Assembly: GCA_964016885.1 (NCBI GenBank)
Contig: OZ024745.1
Location: 22,072,001 to 22,136,000, forward strand
DNA from: Eledone cirrhosa
Lineage: Eukaryota
Length of the DNA: 64,000 nucleotides
Direction: 5' to 3'
Translations under genes and position numbers: made by a program
Shown: positions 31,838 to 46,200 of the stretch, piece after piece
How positions within the stretch are numbered: the first letter of the stretch is position 1
How the letters are laid out: the number at the start of each line of letters is the position of its first letter
The notes under the pieces: model-generated
The model's database searches: none
What the model was told of the DNA's origin: nothing
What the model saw: only the letters and a program-made list of their open reading frames with translations

Positions 31838-32400
31838 TGGTGATGGTGATGGTGGTGGTGGTGGTGTTGGTGTTGGTGTTGGTGTTGGTGATGGTTGTTG
31901 AGGTGGTGGTGGTGGTGGTGGTGGTGGTGGTGGTGTGGTAGAGGTGGTTGTGGTGGTTGTGGTGGTAGTGGTGGTGGTGGTGGTGGTGGTGGTGGTGGTG
32001 GTGGTGGTGTTGGTGGTGGTGGTGGAGGTGGTTGTGGTGGTGGTGTTGGTGTTGGTGTTGGTGTTGGTGATGGTTGTTGAGGTGGTGGTGGCGGTGGTGG
32101 TGGTGTGGTGGAGGTGGTTGTGGTGGTGGTGGTGGTGGTGTTGGTGCTGGTGGTGGAGGTGATTGTGATAGTGGTGGTGGTGGTGGTGGTGGTGATAGTG
32201 GTGGTGGTGGTGGTGGTGGTGGTGGTGGTGTTGGTGGTGGTGGTGGAGGTGGTGGTGTTGGTGGTGGTGGTGGAGGTGGTTGTGATAGTGGTGGTGGTGG
32301 TGGTGGTGGTGGTGATGGTTGTTGAGGTGGTGGTGGTGGTGGTGTTGGTGGTGTTGGTGGTGGTGGTGGTGATAGTGGTGGTGGTGGTGGTGTTGATGTG
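31838..32400. repeat. (GGT)n trinucleotide repeat
   Basis: Directly visible. Confidence 0.95.
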
Positions 32401-32689
32401 ACGATTCAGGCTTCGGCTGCGATGTTAAGTGATATATGTTAGGTATTATTATATGCGCAGTTGTTTCTAATAGTTCACTACACTCATTCATGGTGGAGGT
32501 TATTGTTGATGTTGATGATTGAGAGGAAGGGCAGAGTGGTGTAGTGGTGGTGGGGGGTGGGGGTGCGCCGATTGTGGCTGCTGTGGTAGGAACTGTGGCG
32601 GTGGGGGTTGTGGTGTTGTCGCTTGTGAGTGTCGTGGCAGCAATGCTGGCAGTGATGGCGGGGGTGGTCCCGTTGATAACGGTGATTAT

Positions 32690-33830
32690 AATTGTTTCTA
32701 CTTTTGGCACAAGACCAGCAAAATCCCCCAGTACATTACTGGTACTTTATTTTTATCGGCCCCGTAAGGATGAAAGGCAAAGTTGACCTCGACAGGATTT
32801 GAATTCAGACCGTAAAGGGACGTAACTATGCTGGAAAGCATGGCGTCCGACCCTCTACCGATACTGCCAATTCACCAACGATGGTGATGGTATTGGTATT
32901 CTTTGATGCCAGGAACGGTTTCTAATTTAGGCACAGCACTAAGTGTGGTAGTTCTGCAGAACTGGTATAGCGTCAGATAAAATACCATCTGTTCTGGCAT
33001 TCTACATTCTGAGTTCAAATTACGCCAAGGTCAACTTTGCATTTCATCCTTCCGAAGTTGCTAAAGTATGATATACCAGTCAAATACTAGGGTATCAAAC
33101 CTGCCATTTCCTCAAATTCGTTGGCGTTGTGCTTAAATTAGAAATCAAATCAATATAAGAAGAACGCTAATAATTTTATGGAGTAGAAGGAAAGTCGATT
33201 ATACCGCCCGTGTATTACTGGTACTTATCGACCCCAGAAAAGATGAAAGTCGAGCTTGGTGCGATTTGGAACCAGAATATAAAAGGATGTAACGAAATTC
33301 TGACGAACTTATGGTTGTGAATCCCCTTCGTCCCTCTTTTGTTGCCAATAAAGGTTTCTGATTCACGCACAATGCCAACAAGCAGATTAAATCGACCCCA
33401 GTGCGTGACTGGTACTTTATTTTATCGATCCCTTAAAGATGAAAGGCAAAGCTAACTCGTCAGGGTTTGAAAGCAGAAGGTAAAGGGACTTTACTCTAGG
33501 TCGCAAAGCATGTTGTCCGATGCTCTATCGATTACTGCCAATCCACCACCATTTTGTTACCAATAATGTTTTCTACTATAGACACAAGGCCAGCAATTTT
33601 AGGGAAGGGGAAAATCGATTAAATCCACCCCAGTGCATTAATAGTACTTTATTTTATCGACCCTTTAAGGATAAAAGGCAAAGTTAACCTCATCGGGATT
33701 TGAACTGAGAACTTAAAGGGACGTAATTCTATGCCACCGAATATGATGCCCGACGCTCTACCGATTACTACCAATAATAAACAGTGGTATTTACAACGTT
33801 GTAAACTAGAATATAAAGGGACGTAACTGC
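32690..33830. mobile_element. Cluster of about five SINE family A copies
   Basis: Repeated gaccccagt..ggtactttattttatcgaccc..gaaaggcaaag. Confidence 0.7.
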
Positions 33831-35243
33831 AATGTATTTCACCCGACATATTTACTACAATAAACCACAATTGCTCCTCTCCCTCCTTTTGTTGCCAAAA
33901 ATAAACAGCGGTATTTATAACATTGTTCACGCTCGTTTCCGCAGCTGTTGTTGTTGTAGTTTATTGTTGTTGTTTTGTTGTTGTTGTTGTTGTAGTTTAT
34001 TGTTGTTGTTTTTTGTCGTCATTGTTCTATTTTCAGTTTATATTCTTGCTTTTATTTTTGTTTTACGTTTAATTTTGTTGTAATTGTTTTTCTTTTTTCC
34101 TTTTCTTTGTGCCATTTGTTGTTTTTGTGCAATTTTATGTTTTTGTTATTGTTGTTGTTGTTGTTGATGCCATTGACTGCAAGTGTGGCAAGCTACAAGT
34201 GGTCATTGTGAGAAACCCTTGTCTTTTAGAGCTGACCAAAATAAGACATACATACATTGTCAAGTTTTGCCAACGGATGTAGACAGTCTACTTACTCTTT
34301 TTATTTTGGTTTACTTATTATTGTTTTTAAAAAAATGCCGCACGAGATCTCTTCTTCTTCTTCTTCTTCTTCTTCTTCTTCTTCTTCTTCTTGGCAGAAC
34401 TGTTCTGCTTGAGAACGGGTTGTAGGTGGCTGATATACGGCAACCAGATATGACGGCTAGTTGCGATATAAATATAAGACCAGCCAAATTTACTTCTCTT
34501 ATACTTAAATTTGTGGAGTTGCGTGGCCTAATGGTAAGTGAGTGTGTTGGTCTAACTATCATAATGTCCTGGGTTTGAATCCTGGACTAGATTATGTGTT
34601 GTGTTCTTGAGCAAGACATTTCAATTTGCTTTGCTCCTGTATACTCAGCTGAAAATTAGTACAGGCAATAGCTGGGGATTTAACCCTGCGATGGAATGGC
34701 GCTCTGTCCAGCGGGTAGTCTTGTACTCATAGTCACTTAGTATTGTGGAAACCAGGATAGGTACCGGCCTGATTAGACACAAACCTCGAGACAGGCTTTG
34801 GCCCTTATATATATATCTAGATTAGAAATCAATATATTTATTTTAGGGGATCAGTAGACTAACAAACGCTGAGAAAGACATTCTAGAAACGCTAAATTAC
34901 TCTAAAGAATTACAAGAAATGAGAATTACAAATAATTATAATTTATAAAGCGTGATGTATGAAAAGTGTTCCTGAAATTATATGAAAGAAAAAATACAGA
35001 AAATAAATATCGAAAATAACTATATAAGATAAATAAATACGACAAATGAGAAAATAAAAGAAATAGACGCCAAAACAACATTTAGAGTGAAACAATGAAT
35101 AATAATTTGAAAAATTAGAATATTTCGAAGGACCAACACTATATCAAGTTTATGTTATTATTTTGAAATATTTCATGTTAATTTTTTAATTCCAGGTATT
35201 TTTGAAATTGTTAATTAGTAGGCATGTTTATAAACACACACAA

Positions 35244-35274
<31 letters not shown>

Positions 35275-35310
35275 GGTATATGTAGGTATTTATTTATATT
35301 TATATCTAGT

Positions 35311-35378
<68 letters not shown>

Positions 35379-35438
35379 TGTTTATATATATAAATGTATA
35401 TATGTATGTATGTCTATATCTCTCTCTCTATATATATT

Positions 35439-35476
<38 letters not shown>

Positions 35477-35520
35477 CATATATATATATATACATATGTA
35501 CATACAAATATATATGTATA

Positions 35521-35554
<34 letters not shown>

Positions 35555-35568
35555 AACATATATATATG

Positions 35569-35673
<105 letters not shown>

Positions 35674-35676
35674 TAT

Positions 35677-35796
<120 letters not shown>

Positions 35797-36008
35797 CACA
35801 CACACACACATATAAATTATCTTTGCCTTATTTCCCCTCATACTACATAATGCATTGTATGGAAATATTGTTGCACCTGCAAAGTAATTAAACTACAAGA
35901 AAATAAATTCGTGCAACAATTTTTAAATGAAGCCCAAAACAAATATATATAAACTGGCGGGAAATAGTAGCATCAAGGATGCGAACAAAAATGATAATAA
36001 TAGTAATA

Positions 36009-36057
<49 letters not shown>

Positions 36058-36254
36058 GCAGTAGGAGGGAGGTGGATGATAAATTATTTATTTTCTTTCA
36101 TTCTGTCACCAGTCCCCATTTATATATTTAAAACAGTGTTATCAAAGGTGTTGTATTGTATGTAAGAAGTTATATAATATAGGGTGAGGTGAGGAAAAAC
36201 ACCTTATACCCTATAATAAAACCATTAATTCTTTTTAATTCTTCAAATAAAGAA

Positions 36255-36338
<84 letters not shown>

Positions 36339-36348
36339 ATATATATGC

Positions 36349-36411
<63 letters not shown>

Positions 36412-36640
36412 TGTATATATATATCTATATATGTATATATATATATATATATATATACATATATATATTTATAGATTTATATATGTTTATATATATATTT
36501 ACTTATTTGTGTAATAATATATATATACACAACGCGTATTTTCGTTGTGTAAGTTCTCGAGTGCTCTGCCAACTTTTAAAATAACTTTTACGAAATTCAT
36601 GAAATTCATTCTCTCTCTCTCTTTCTCACACACACACACA

Positions 36641-36707
<67 letters not shown>

Positions 36708-36808
36708 GTACGTTATTCCGGGTTGAATCGGAGGTAACTCATCTATATATATATATATATATATATGCATGTAGAGAGAGATAAATAGATAGATAGATAG
36801 ATAGATAT

Positions 36809-36890
<82 letters not shown>

Positions 36891-37995
36891 TTAAACGAAA
36901 TATAATTGAAAATGAATGAAAAACGTTCCGCTAGTTTGGATAGGAGCACCCTCATGACTCAGGAAATTTTCATTTTCCTTATTGAAACCTGGTACATCTA
37001 CAAGATCTTGTGTTGGTCAAAGTAAAAATCTATCACGTTTCACTATAATCTTACTTGAAGTTATGATGTTAAATCAGTGATATTTTTAGCATTGCTGTAA
37101 ATTTAATATATTTCTAGAATGGTGTTTGCTTCTCGTTGATCTTACATGCCTTTGCTTTTGGCTAACTTACATTTAGTGGGTTTCGCCTTTTCGTTTAGTC
37201 TTTTGAAACTGTCTTACAGTTCTCTCCGCGTTCTATTTATATCTCATCAATACAAGACATTGGTGTGGTTATTCTTGGGTGGGGAAACCGCCGTCTCCTA
37301 GTCATCAGCTCATGGCATTATGGATGAAGCCAGTTTTCTGCTATCCACAAAGCTGAGACCAGTAGTATTCTGAAATCAACAGTTTTTGTAACCGGACGTG
37401 GTTTTTCTCCAGCCTCTGCTGTTATTCATTTTCCCCATTACTCTCCTTTTCAAGCACTTCTTAGAAGGCAATCCACAACAGCTGAAATTAATAGTTTTCC
37501 CGTCTTTATCACTGCACCTACAATACGGCACACTTCTTATATTGTTCTCTGGGCTTGGAGATTTATCAGGATTTGTATGACCATGCATACTTCATACGAC
37601 CACATACGATTCTGTATTAACTGTGTGCTCACAAACTAGCAGAACTATGTTGTAAACGTGACAGAAGCCCAAGAGTGAACGTTGCAGCCATTGATCTTCA
37701 GCGTAACTATAGCATTAAGATGTTCATGTATTCAGGGACAGCTTTCGGAACAGATGTGTCACTAGGTCTGCCTGTTTCCTTGTTTCATTATACATTTTAA
37801 AGGCTTATATGTACAACCCGTATCAATAGAGGAAACATGAGTTACTTTGATATACATCTTATGAATTGTATGATGTAGAAACCTTGTAAACATGATTTTT
37901 TCGTGCATTTCTTTTTGGACGTAGATGAAGTAATTTCGTAGTAAAATTATAATTAGAATATCTTGTACTGGCTTAATATGTATATCGACAACTAC

Positions 37996-38129
<134 letters not shown>

Positions 38130-38215
38130 AAAGTTATATTTAAAATTGTTGGGTTACAACTAGTAAATATTTATAACTGATATAAAAGCACTCGACAAAT
38201 ATTTGGAGTATTTAC

Positions 38216-38588
38216 AATATTAAATAAATGGAAACTATATTTATAAAACCATATTTATTTCATTATATATATTTCGGGGATATCATATTAACAATATGCT
38301 ATGCCTTCCTCAGACAAAATACAATATAAACAGTTTTATAGATAAATAGATTCGACATACCGTAATAACACCGACTTGCATTTGGAGAGGTTAAAACAGG
38401 CAGTCTAACTGCCTGTTTTAACCTCTCCAAATGCAAGTCGGTGTTATTACGGTATGTCGAATCTATTTATCTATAAAACTGTTTATATTGTATTTTGTCA
38501 GAGGAAGGCATAGCATATTGTTAATATGATATACCCGAAATATATATAATGAAATAAATATGGTTTTATAAATATAGTTTCCATTTAT

Positions 38589-38597
<9 letters not shown>
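38216..38597. repeat. Palindrome of about 380 bp (family F2); left arm extends to about 38128
   Basis: Centre aaaacaggcagt-cta-actgcctgtttt near 38406. Confidence 0.92.
38257..38320 (-). ncRNA. Hammerhead, family F2 (core CTGAGGA)
   Basis: Same layout as 20300-20363; the mirror copy at 38492-38555 (+) has a mutated CAGAGGA core. Confidence 0.65.
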
Positions 38598-38639
<42 letters not shown>

Positions 38640-38643
<4 letters not shown>

Positions 38644-39372
38644 TATGTATACGTACATTCATATATGTATACAGACGTACAGTAGTATGTATATATATAT
38701 ACATACATGCACACATATATATATATATATATGTACGTATGGATTCACCGAACATTTATTATAATGCTCGGTGTGTTTGTAAACAAACATCCCGAATTAA
38801 TCAGTGTTGAAAAAATGAGCAACGATGGTTGCTAGACACTGTCCGGCTTAATTCGGGATGTTTGTTTACAAACACACCGAACATTATAATAAATGTTCTG
38901 TGAATCCATACGTACATATATATATATATGTGTGCATGTATGTATATATATATATACATACTACTGTACGTCTGTATACATATATGTATGTACGTATACA
39001 TACTTATATTTAAGTAACAGCCGTACTAAGAGTGAGAAATGAAATTTCGTTTCATTTTTTTCCGTTCATCGTTTTCGGTACCCCGGCCGATTAACTCACT
39101 CGATATGCAAATTTGGCTGCTCAGCCGTTAATATGCATAAGGAAAGTATATACTTTCAGACGTTCAACCATCTGGCAGGAAGGTATACGTTGCTGACGAT
39201 AGCTAATAAGCTGGAAACTAGTACAGCGTTCCTTTGTCAGTGTTGAACAAATGAGCAACGATGGTTGCTATACACTGTACGGCTTAATTCGGGATGTTTG
39301 TTTACAAACACACCGAGCATTATAATAAATGTTCGGTGAATCCATACATACATATATATATATCTGTGCATG

Positions 39373-39418
<46 letters not shown>

Positions 39419-39523
39419 CTACTGTATGTCTGTATACATATATGTATGTACGTGTACATACTTATATTTAAGTAACAGCCGTACTAAGAGTGAGAAATGA
39501 AATTTCGTTTCATTTTTTCCGTT
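38640..39523 (+). mobile_element. Inverted left end plus partial tandem (period about 437 bp) carrying a hammerhead; PLE/retrozyme-like
   Basis: 38641-38800 is inverted relative to 38848-39005; 38801-39062 is repeated at 39237-39523; hammerhead at 39187. Confidence 0.75.
39187..39229 (+). ncRNA. Minimal type I hammerhead inside a partial tandem repeat
   Basis: acgttg-CTGACGA-tagct(aata)agctg-GAAA-ctag-TA-cagcgt; stem I extends through agga/tcct after a bulge. Confidence 0.85.
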
Positions 39524-39539
39524 TATATATATATATATG

Positions 39540-39570
<31 letters not shown>

Positions 39571-39632
39571 TGATACATATATATACATATTCATACATAT
39601 AAGTGTATGTGTATATTTATATGTATGTATGG

Positions 39633-39696
<64 letters not shown>

Positions 39697-39768
39697 TATA
39701 CATATATTCATACATATAAGTGTGTTTATATTTATATGTATGTATATATATATATATATATATATGTC

Positions 39769-39805
<37 letters not shown>

Positions 39806-40155
39806 TATATATATATATGCACAGTTACATATATGTATACATATATATTGTGTGTGTGACTGTGTGTGGTGTCTATGTCTGTGGAAATTATACCTTTTTT
39901 TAAGATGTTCAACCGAATTCGCCTAAGCACAATTAAGCTGCTACTGAAAACAGTTTCTACAATGGTAAGGCCCAGACGGCTGGGATTAAGTTCTAGTTAA
40001 ACCGGGGTCCCCGATATATCAGCCAGGACTTTGTTTATATTTTAAGGGTGCGTTCAATTGCTTTACTCAAGGCTCAAGGTGCGAGGTTTAGTGGTTAGAA
40101 AATTGTATTTTCAATCGTGAAGTTGTGAATTCCATTCACACACCGGGCGATAAGT

Positions 40156-40198
<43 letters not shown>

Positions 40199-41224
40199 CA
40201 GCTCACACTTATGCAGGTTTAGCTGGCCTCCTCCAAGGTATATCTCGTTGGAGGTGTCTTGGGTAATTTAATGATAAGAACCCCAATCCTAACATGTCAT
40301 TTCTACAGCTGAGTAAACTGGAGCAACTTGAAATAACGTGTCTTGCTCAAGGAAGCAACACATCACCCGGTCCGAGAATTGAACTCACAACCTTTTGATT
40401 GCAAGCTTAATGATCTAACCACTAAGCCATGAGCAAGACACTTTATTTCATGTTGCTCTTTCTACCAAACTTTGTGACCAGTAAATGGTATCAGCAATGG
40501 AATAACTAAAGGAAACATTATTTCTTTGGACAGTATTGACGCGTTTTCCCCCACTCGGTAAGTGGTCTGGGATCTTCTCGATCAATCCTAAAGAAAAGAA
40601 AAGCAATCACATACCTAAATTAGCTAATATGTCCTAGCTTTAAACAGGATGGTATAAATATCGCATTTTATATTACATTTAAGTGCTTGTTTCATTTCGA
40701 GCTTCTTTTAAAAAATGAAGTTATGTAAATAAATAATAAAATAAATAGACCCCAAAACCTTCCAAGAGATAAAGAACATTCGAGAAGAAATTAATACATT
40801 GATATTAAATATAGCGCAGAGGAGGGCTTCGGCTTTCTAAAGTTAGGAATGAAAGACAGACAATTTGCTATACATTTCCGTATTTCTTAAAAGTAATTTC
40901 CAAGATCCAAAATAGTATATCTAAGAAGGAAGAATTCTTTACATTCTTTGTTAAAGAAATTATTTATTAAAGTTTTAAAATTGAAAATAACATTTACCTT
41001 TTTTCGTATAAGACAGGAGCATAAGATTTGGAGGAGGTACGGCCCTTCCTTCATCGACAAGATGGTAAATAAAAACGGAGCCTTATTAACAATTTATTAA
41101 ATAGTATAAAATATCAAACAAATAAAGTAGGACTCACCTACAGGCAATACTTATATTCAAATATATTCATATATATAAATAGATAAATATATATATAAAT
41201 ATATATATATACATACATATATAT

Positions 41225-41323
<99 letters not shown>

Positions 41324-41487
41324 GATAATAATAAGTAATAAGGAGTTGACGGACCCACCATATTTATCAATGCCAGGACCGGTTGTATCTCAGCGTTCTC
41401 AATAGGCAATGTAAGATACATTCCCAGAGTATACACATAGTTATTCGCTTCAATACAACACACGTAAAACGCGTGCCTATAATGGTT

Positions 41488-41598
41488 CCCGGACGCAAGT
41501 TTCGACCTCACTTAATGCAGCAGTAAGGTGCACTGCACACTCTGTCTGCATATATTATGCAACAATGCATAATCGGCGTATGCGGCTTCATCGGCGGG
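41488..41598 (-). ncRNA. Type I hammerhead, U4C variant with long stem II insert
   Basis: cccg-CCGATGA-agcc..(about 75 nt)..ggtc-GAAAC-ttgc-GTC-cggg. Confidence 0.6.
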
Positions 41599-41705
41599 TA
41601 TCGCCTAATCAATAACCAATCGATCGACAGAATCCAAACCACAGCCCGTGCCGGATATGACTGTTTGTGATTGCCGACAGAGTAAAGTGATTAGCAACTG
41701 GAATC

Positions 41706-41968
<263 letters not shown>

Positions 41969-42067
41969 TATATATATATATATAAATTGAAATGAGCAGA
42001 ACTAATAGACATTAAACAATACTTTAAATAAATAAAAAAATGATTTAAATATCAACCTGTTCATAAT

Positions 42068-42129
42068 GCTATTACCGGCGGTTTCGCTTTACAAAAGATT
42101 AGAGATTCAGAGAAAGTTCATCAGATAGC
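42068..42129 (-). ncRNA. Type I hammerhead
   Basis: gctat-CTGATGA-acttt..aaagc-GAAAC-cgccg-GTA-atagc. Confidence 0.8.
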
Positions 42130-42276
42130 TATTTCCATCCTATAGTTCTGCTCATCTCAATTTTTATAGTTCTGGTATCTCAAATTAGTACCATTGAACA
42201 ACAATTATATTATAGACACCCTTTATATCTCTATGGGTACTTAGTATTTGCCTCATTTCATATATATATATATATA

Positions 42277-42470
42277 ACGAAGGAAATATGGTAAGAAACC
42301 AGGTGGACCATAACGCACCAAAGTACTCAATACTTAGGGTCGTAGAGTGGGTAATAGAAACGAGTAGGACCCCAACGACTGAGCTCAAGCCGTTTCGACG
42401 GCTAATTCTGGACTCAAGATTTAGCCGTCGAAACGGCTTGAACTCAGCCGTCGGGGTCCTACTCGTTCCT
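42277..42470. repeat. Fold-back element family F1
   Basis: Same layout; both arms share the copy-specific gagtaggacccc. Confidence 0.8.
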
Positions 42471-42625
42471 ATATATATATATATATATATATGTAGAAGT
42501 TATATTTAATTTGTTGGGATACAACAAGCAAATATTTTTATAACTGATATAAAGCACTCGACAAATTATTGGAGTAAAAATACAATATATTAACAAATGG
42601 AAACTATATTTATAAAACCATATTT

Positions 42626-42688
42626 ATTTCATTATACATATTTCAAGGACACCAAAGCAAATTATGGTGCGCTTTCATCAGATAAAAT
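42626..42688 (-). ncRNA. Hammerhead, family F2
   Basis: attttat-CTGATGA-aagcgcacc..ggtgtcctt-GAAA-tatgta-TA-atgaaat. Confidence 0.75.
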
Positions 42689-43299
42689 ATAATATAGATC
42701 AGTTTTATAAACAGATATTGACATACCCTTAAAAGAATGCGACCATGTCTGTTGGAAGCTCCCGGATAGTGGGGTTATTAATTTTATTATTGGTCTATTA
42801 TGCAAATTAGTGTCGGAGAGGTTTAAATCCCATACATTTAAATTAATCCGTTGGAATAGGGGGAAAAAAAGGAGAAAGAAAGAGCAAACCCAAAGAAGGA
42901 AAACAAAAGAAAAGAAAAGGAAAAGGAATAGGAAAAAACAAAAGAAGAAAGAGAAGAGAAAGAGAGAAAACCCTAAGTGAGAGAGTGTTGTATTTACGTA
43001 GTTTTATGAAATGATGAAGCGAAAAGATAAATATATAGTTGGATGAGTTAGCGTGTATAGATAGATTTCTTTATTATCCACAAGGGCGCAACAAGAAAGG
43101 GGACAATACAAAGACATGCCGGGGATTTTACATACAGTCGTGTAAAAAATATAAAAACAAACAATTTCAACAATCGAAATCCCCAATAGGGGGGAGGCGC
43201 CACAAATGGGTTGTTTAATACCCCGTCGATAGAACAACCCTCAACTCAAGGAGCGTGTTGTGCAAGTGCTCCTTTCTTCCTTTTGCTCTCTTCCTCAAC

Positions 43300-46200
43300 C
43301 TACAGGCTTATAAACAGAGAAGGCCCAATCACTCGGGCCATTTTCGCTTCATTCACCCACCTTTCAGTAAATTTACTGGGGTGCAGTGCCTCTCTCTCCA
43401 CCCTGATTCTCCTTCTAAAGTGATACTTAAAGAATGGAATCAATTGTTGTCCGGAGAGAAAGGCATCTGTCCTCAGTCCTCTCAACCTCGTCCACCATAT
43501 AACTTCTTTCACCATAGCCACCGTACAGAGGAAAACCGCCTCTCTTTCGTTTTTGAAAGAGTCTGGCGGTTTGATCCTTACTATGGACTCGGCAGTCAAC
43601 TGTATTTGTCCCATACGCGACAGCAGTTGTTCTGCATAGTTCCACAGGTCGCTTACGCCCGGGCAGTGTACAATTGCGTGCAGAACTGTTTCAATGTCCT
43701 GCGCACATCTTGGACACGTCCTCTTGGAAGGATCCCTGCCAGGGCGTCCGTGCCTGTAGATCTTGTCACGAACCGGTAGAGCTCCTCGGTAGCACTGCCA
43801 GGCCAGGGACCTCTGGAAGTTGTCCATAGGTCCCGGGCGGAAAGTCCTACCAAACATACTGGTGAGCTCATCGTCTTCGACGCCCAGAGTCTCTCCGAGC
43901 ACGTCGTCGCCCTTGTAACGTACAATCCCTCTATAGAATGTCGAAGTGGAGTCTCCACTGATTGCTGCGCCCGCTTGCCAGAGGACTGTGAGCGCCTGAG
44001 CGCATTCAATGTGCCAGGCGCCCATCGTTTTCGGTCTTTTCTTCACCCAGGACTGCAGCTCCGTTAGCGAGACGAGCTGTGGGAAAGCCTGTCTCACAAA
44101 CGGTGCCCACACCGGTTGGGGGTCGGTGAGGAATACCTGGAGATGCCGCAGCCTCAGCGCATGTTTGCGCATCATCAGCCACGGCATTCCCAGCCCTCCG
44201 TTGGAAGGGTGCTGACAGCAGACGGATCTCCTCACCAGCGGAGCCTGCTTCTTCCACAGAAACTGGAAGAGCATGCGTTCCATCTTGGCGAAGTGTTCAC
44301 GGGGACAAGGCACGACAGTCAAGCGGTAGTAGATGACGGACGCTATGAAAGTGTTCGCCACCTCCGCTCGACCTTTCAAGGACAGTTTGCACTCTGCCCA
44401 CTTCTGAGTGAGTGCAAACACCTTGGCCGTGACCTCGTTCCAGTTTTTCTCCACCTGGAGGTCTGGACCGAACCAGACCCCGAGCAATTTCACCGGCCCG
44501 TCCGTCCAGCGTCCAACGACGCTGTCGGATGTCATCGGTTTGCCTCTCCATGTACCGAGTTGCAAACCGACAGACTTGTCTGGGTTTAGTTTTGCTCCCG
44601 TCAGCGTTTCGTATTCTTTCAGTATGTTGCCGATCACCCCGATTTCCGAGGTGCTCGACACCATTACTGTCACGTCGTCGGCATAAGCCGATGCCGCTTT
44701 GCGCAGTCCCGGTTCTAGGGGGATGCCCTGCAACAGCTCCAATTTCCGCAGTAGTGGCTCTAGAGTCAATACATACAGAATGGAGGAGAGAGGGCATCCC
44801 TGTCGAATGGAACGCGTGATTGCGAACGGCTCCGATAGGTAGCCGTTCACCTTGACCCTCGAGCAGATGCTGGTGTGCATCGCCTCGATCCATCCTCTGA
44901 ACACGGGACCGAAACCGGCCGCCTTGAGAACCGCTTCCAAGTATCGATGGTCGACCCTATCGAATGCCTTAGACTGATCCAAGTTGATCAGAGCCCCACC
45001 GAAGCCGGGTTTACTACCCACCCTCTCTATGATGTATCGCATGAGGTGGAGGTTGTCGTGTATGGACCTGGTCGGGATTGCACACGTTTGCGCTTTCCCT
45101 ACCAGGTTCTCGACGACAAGCGCCAACCTCGTCGCTAGCACCTTGGCCAAAATCTTTAACTCTGTGTTGAGCAGAGTTATGAGCCTGAAGTTGTTAATTT
45201 CGTCCCCCTTGTTCTCGTCTTTCCTGATCAGCGTTACTACACCCTTGCCTGCAGAACTGGGAATTCTCCCGTTCTGCTGCCAATTGCAGTAGACGGCTTC
45301 GAGGACGCCAGAGAACAAGTCCGGCATGCCTATGTAAAATTCGTAGGGTAGACCATCTAGACCGGGTGACTTGCGTTTCCCGCAGCGGCCCAGAGCGTCC
45401 CGTATCTCAGTGTCCGTGATCGGTCTTTCGCAGAACTCGGCGTCCGTGTTCGAGAGACGCGGCAGGCCGTCGAGGTATGAACTAAAGTCCATTGCCCCGT
45501 TCGGCTCACCGTCGTTCTGCTCAAACAGTCGCGCAAAGTGCCGCTGAAAGGCCGCGCACATTTGCTTGGGGTCAAGTAGCACGCGTCCGTTTTGGTCTTT
45601 CAAAGACCGAATCGTGGACTTGTTGCCACTTTTTGCCTCCGCCACTCGGGCCCAGCTGACAGCTTTCGCTCCTTCGTTTCCTAGAGCACGTGTTTTGCTT
45701 CTGACCACGCAGCCTTCGTGTTTCGCATCGAAGAACTGGTCCAGTGCCGTTCTCGACGCTAACACTCTAGCCGCGTTGCCACTTCTAAGTGCCTCCTCTA
45801 CCTTGGCTACTAGTTCTCTTTCTATTCTGTTTTTCTCTAAGGCTAACTCTCTGCTATACCCTATCGATTCTATTCTAATTGCTTTCTTGGGAGAGTACCA
45901 CCATCTATTGTTGACGATGGCTCCCGTTAACTGTTGCTTGACTAGTTTACTTATCCGTTCACTGTAAGCTTTACGTGCCGGCAACGACACGTTCAGCTTC
46001 CAGTATCCGGGACCCTGTCTATGTATTCTATCACGGTTGACTAAGCAGACGACTAACTTGTGATCTGAATAGGCAACCATGTGCATTCGTGGACAGCTTA
46101 ACATATCCTTGTCCCTTTCTCTAATGAAGAACCTATCTAAATACGATCTAGATGTCCCACTGCGGTTTACCCACGTCCACTGTGGTGCAGTCGGGAAATC

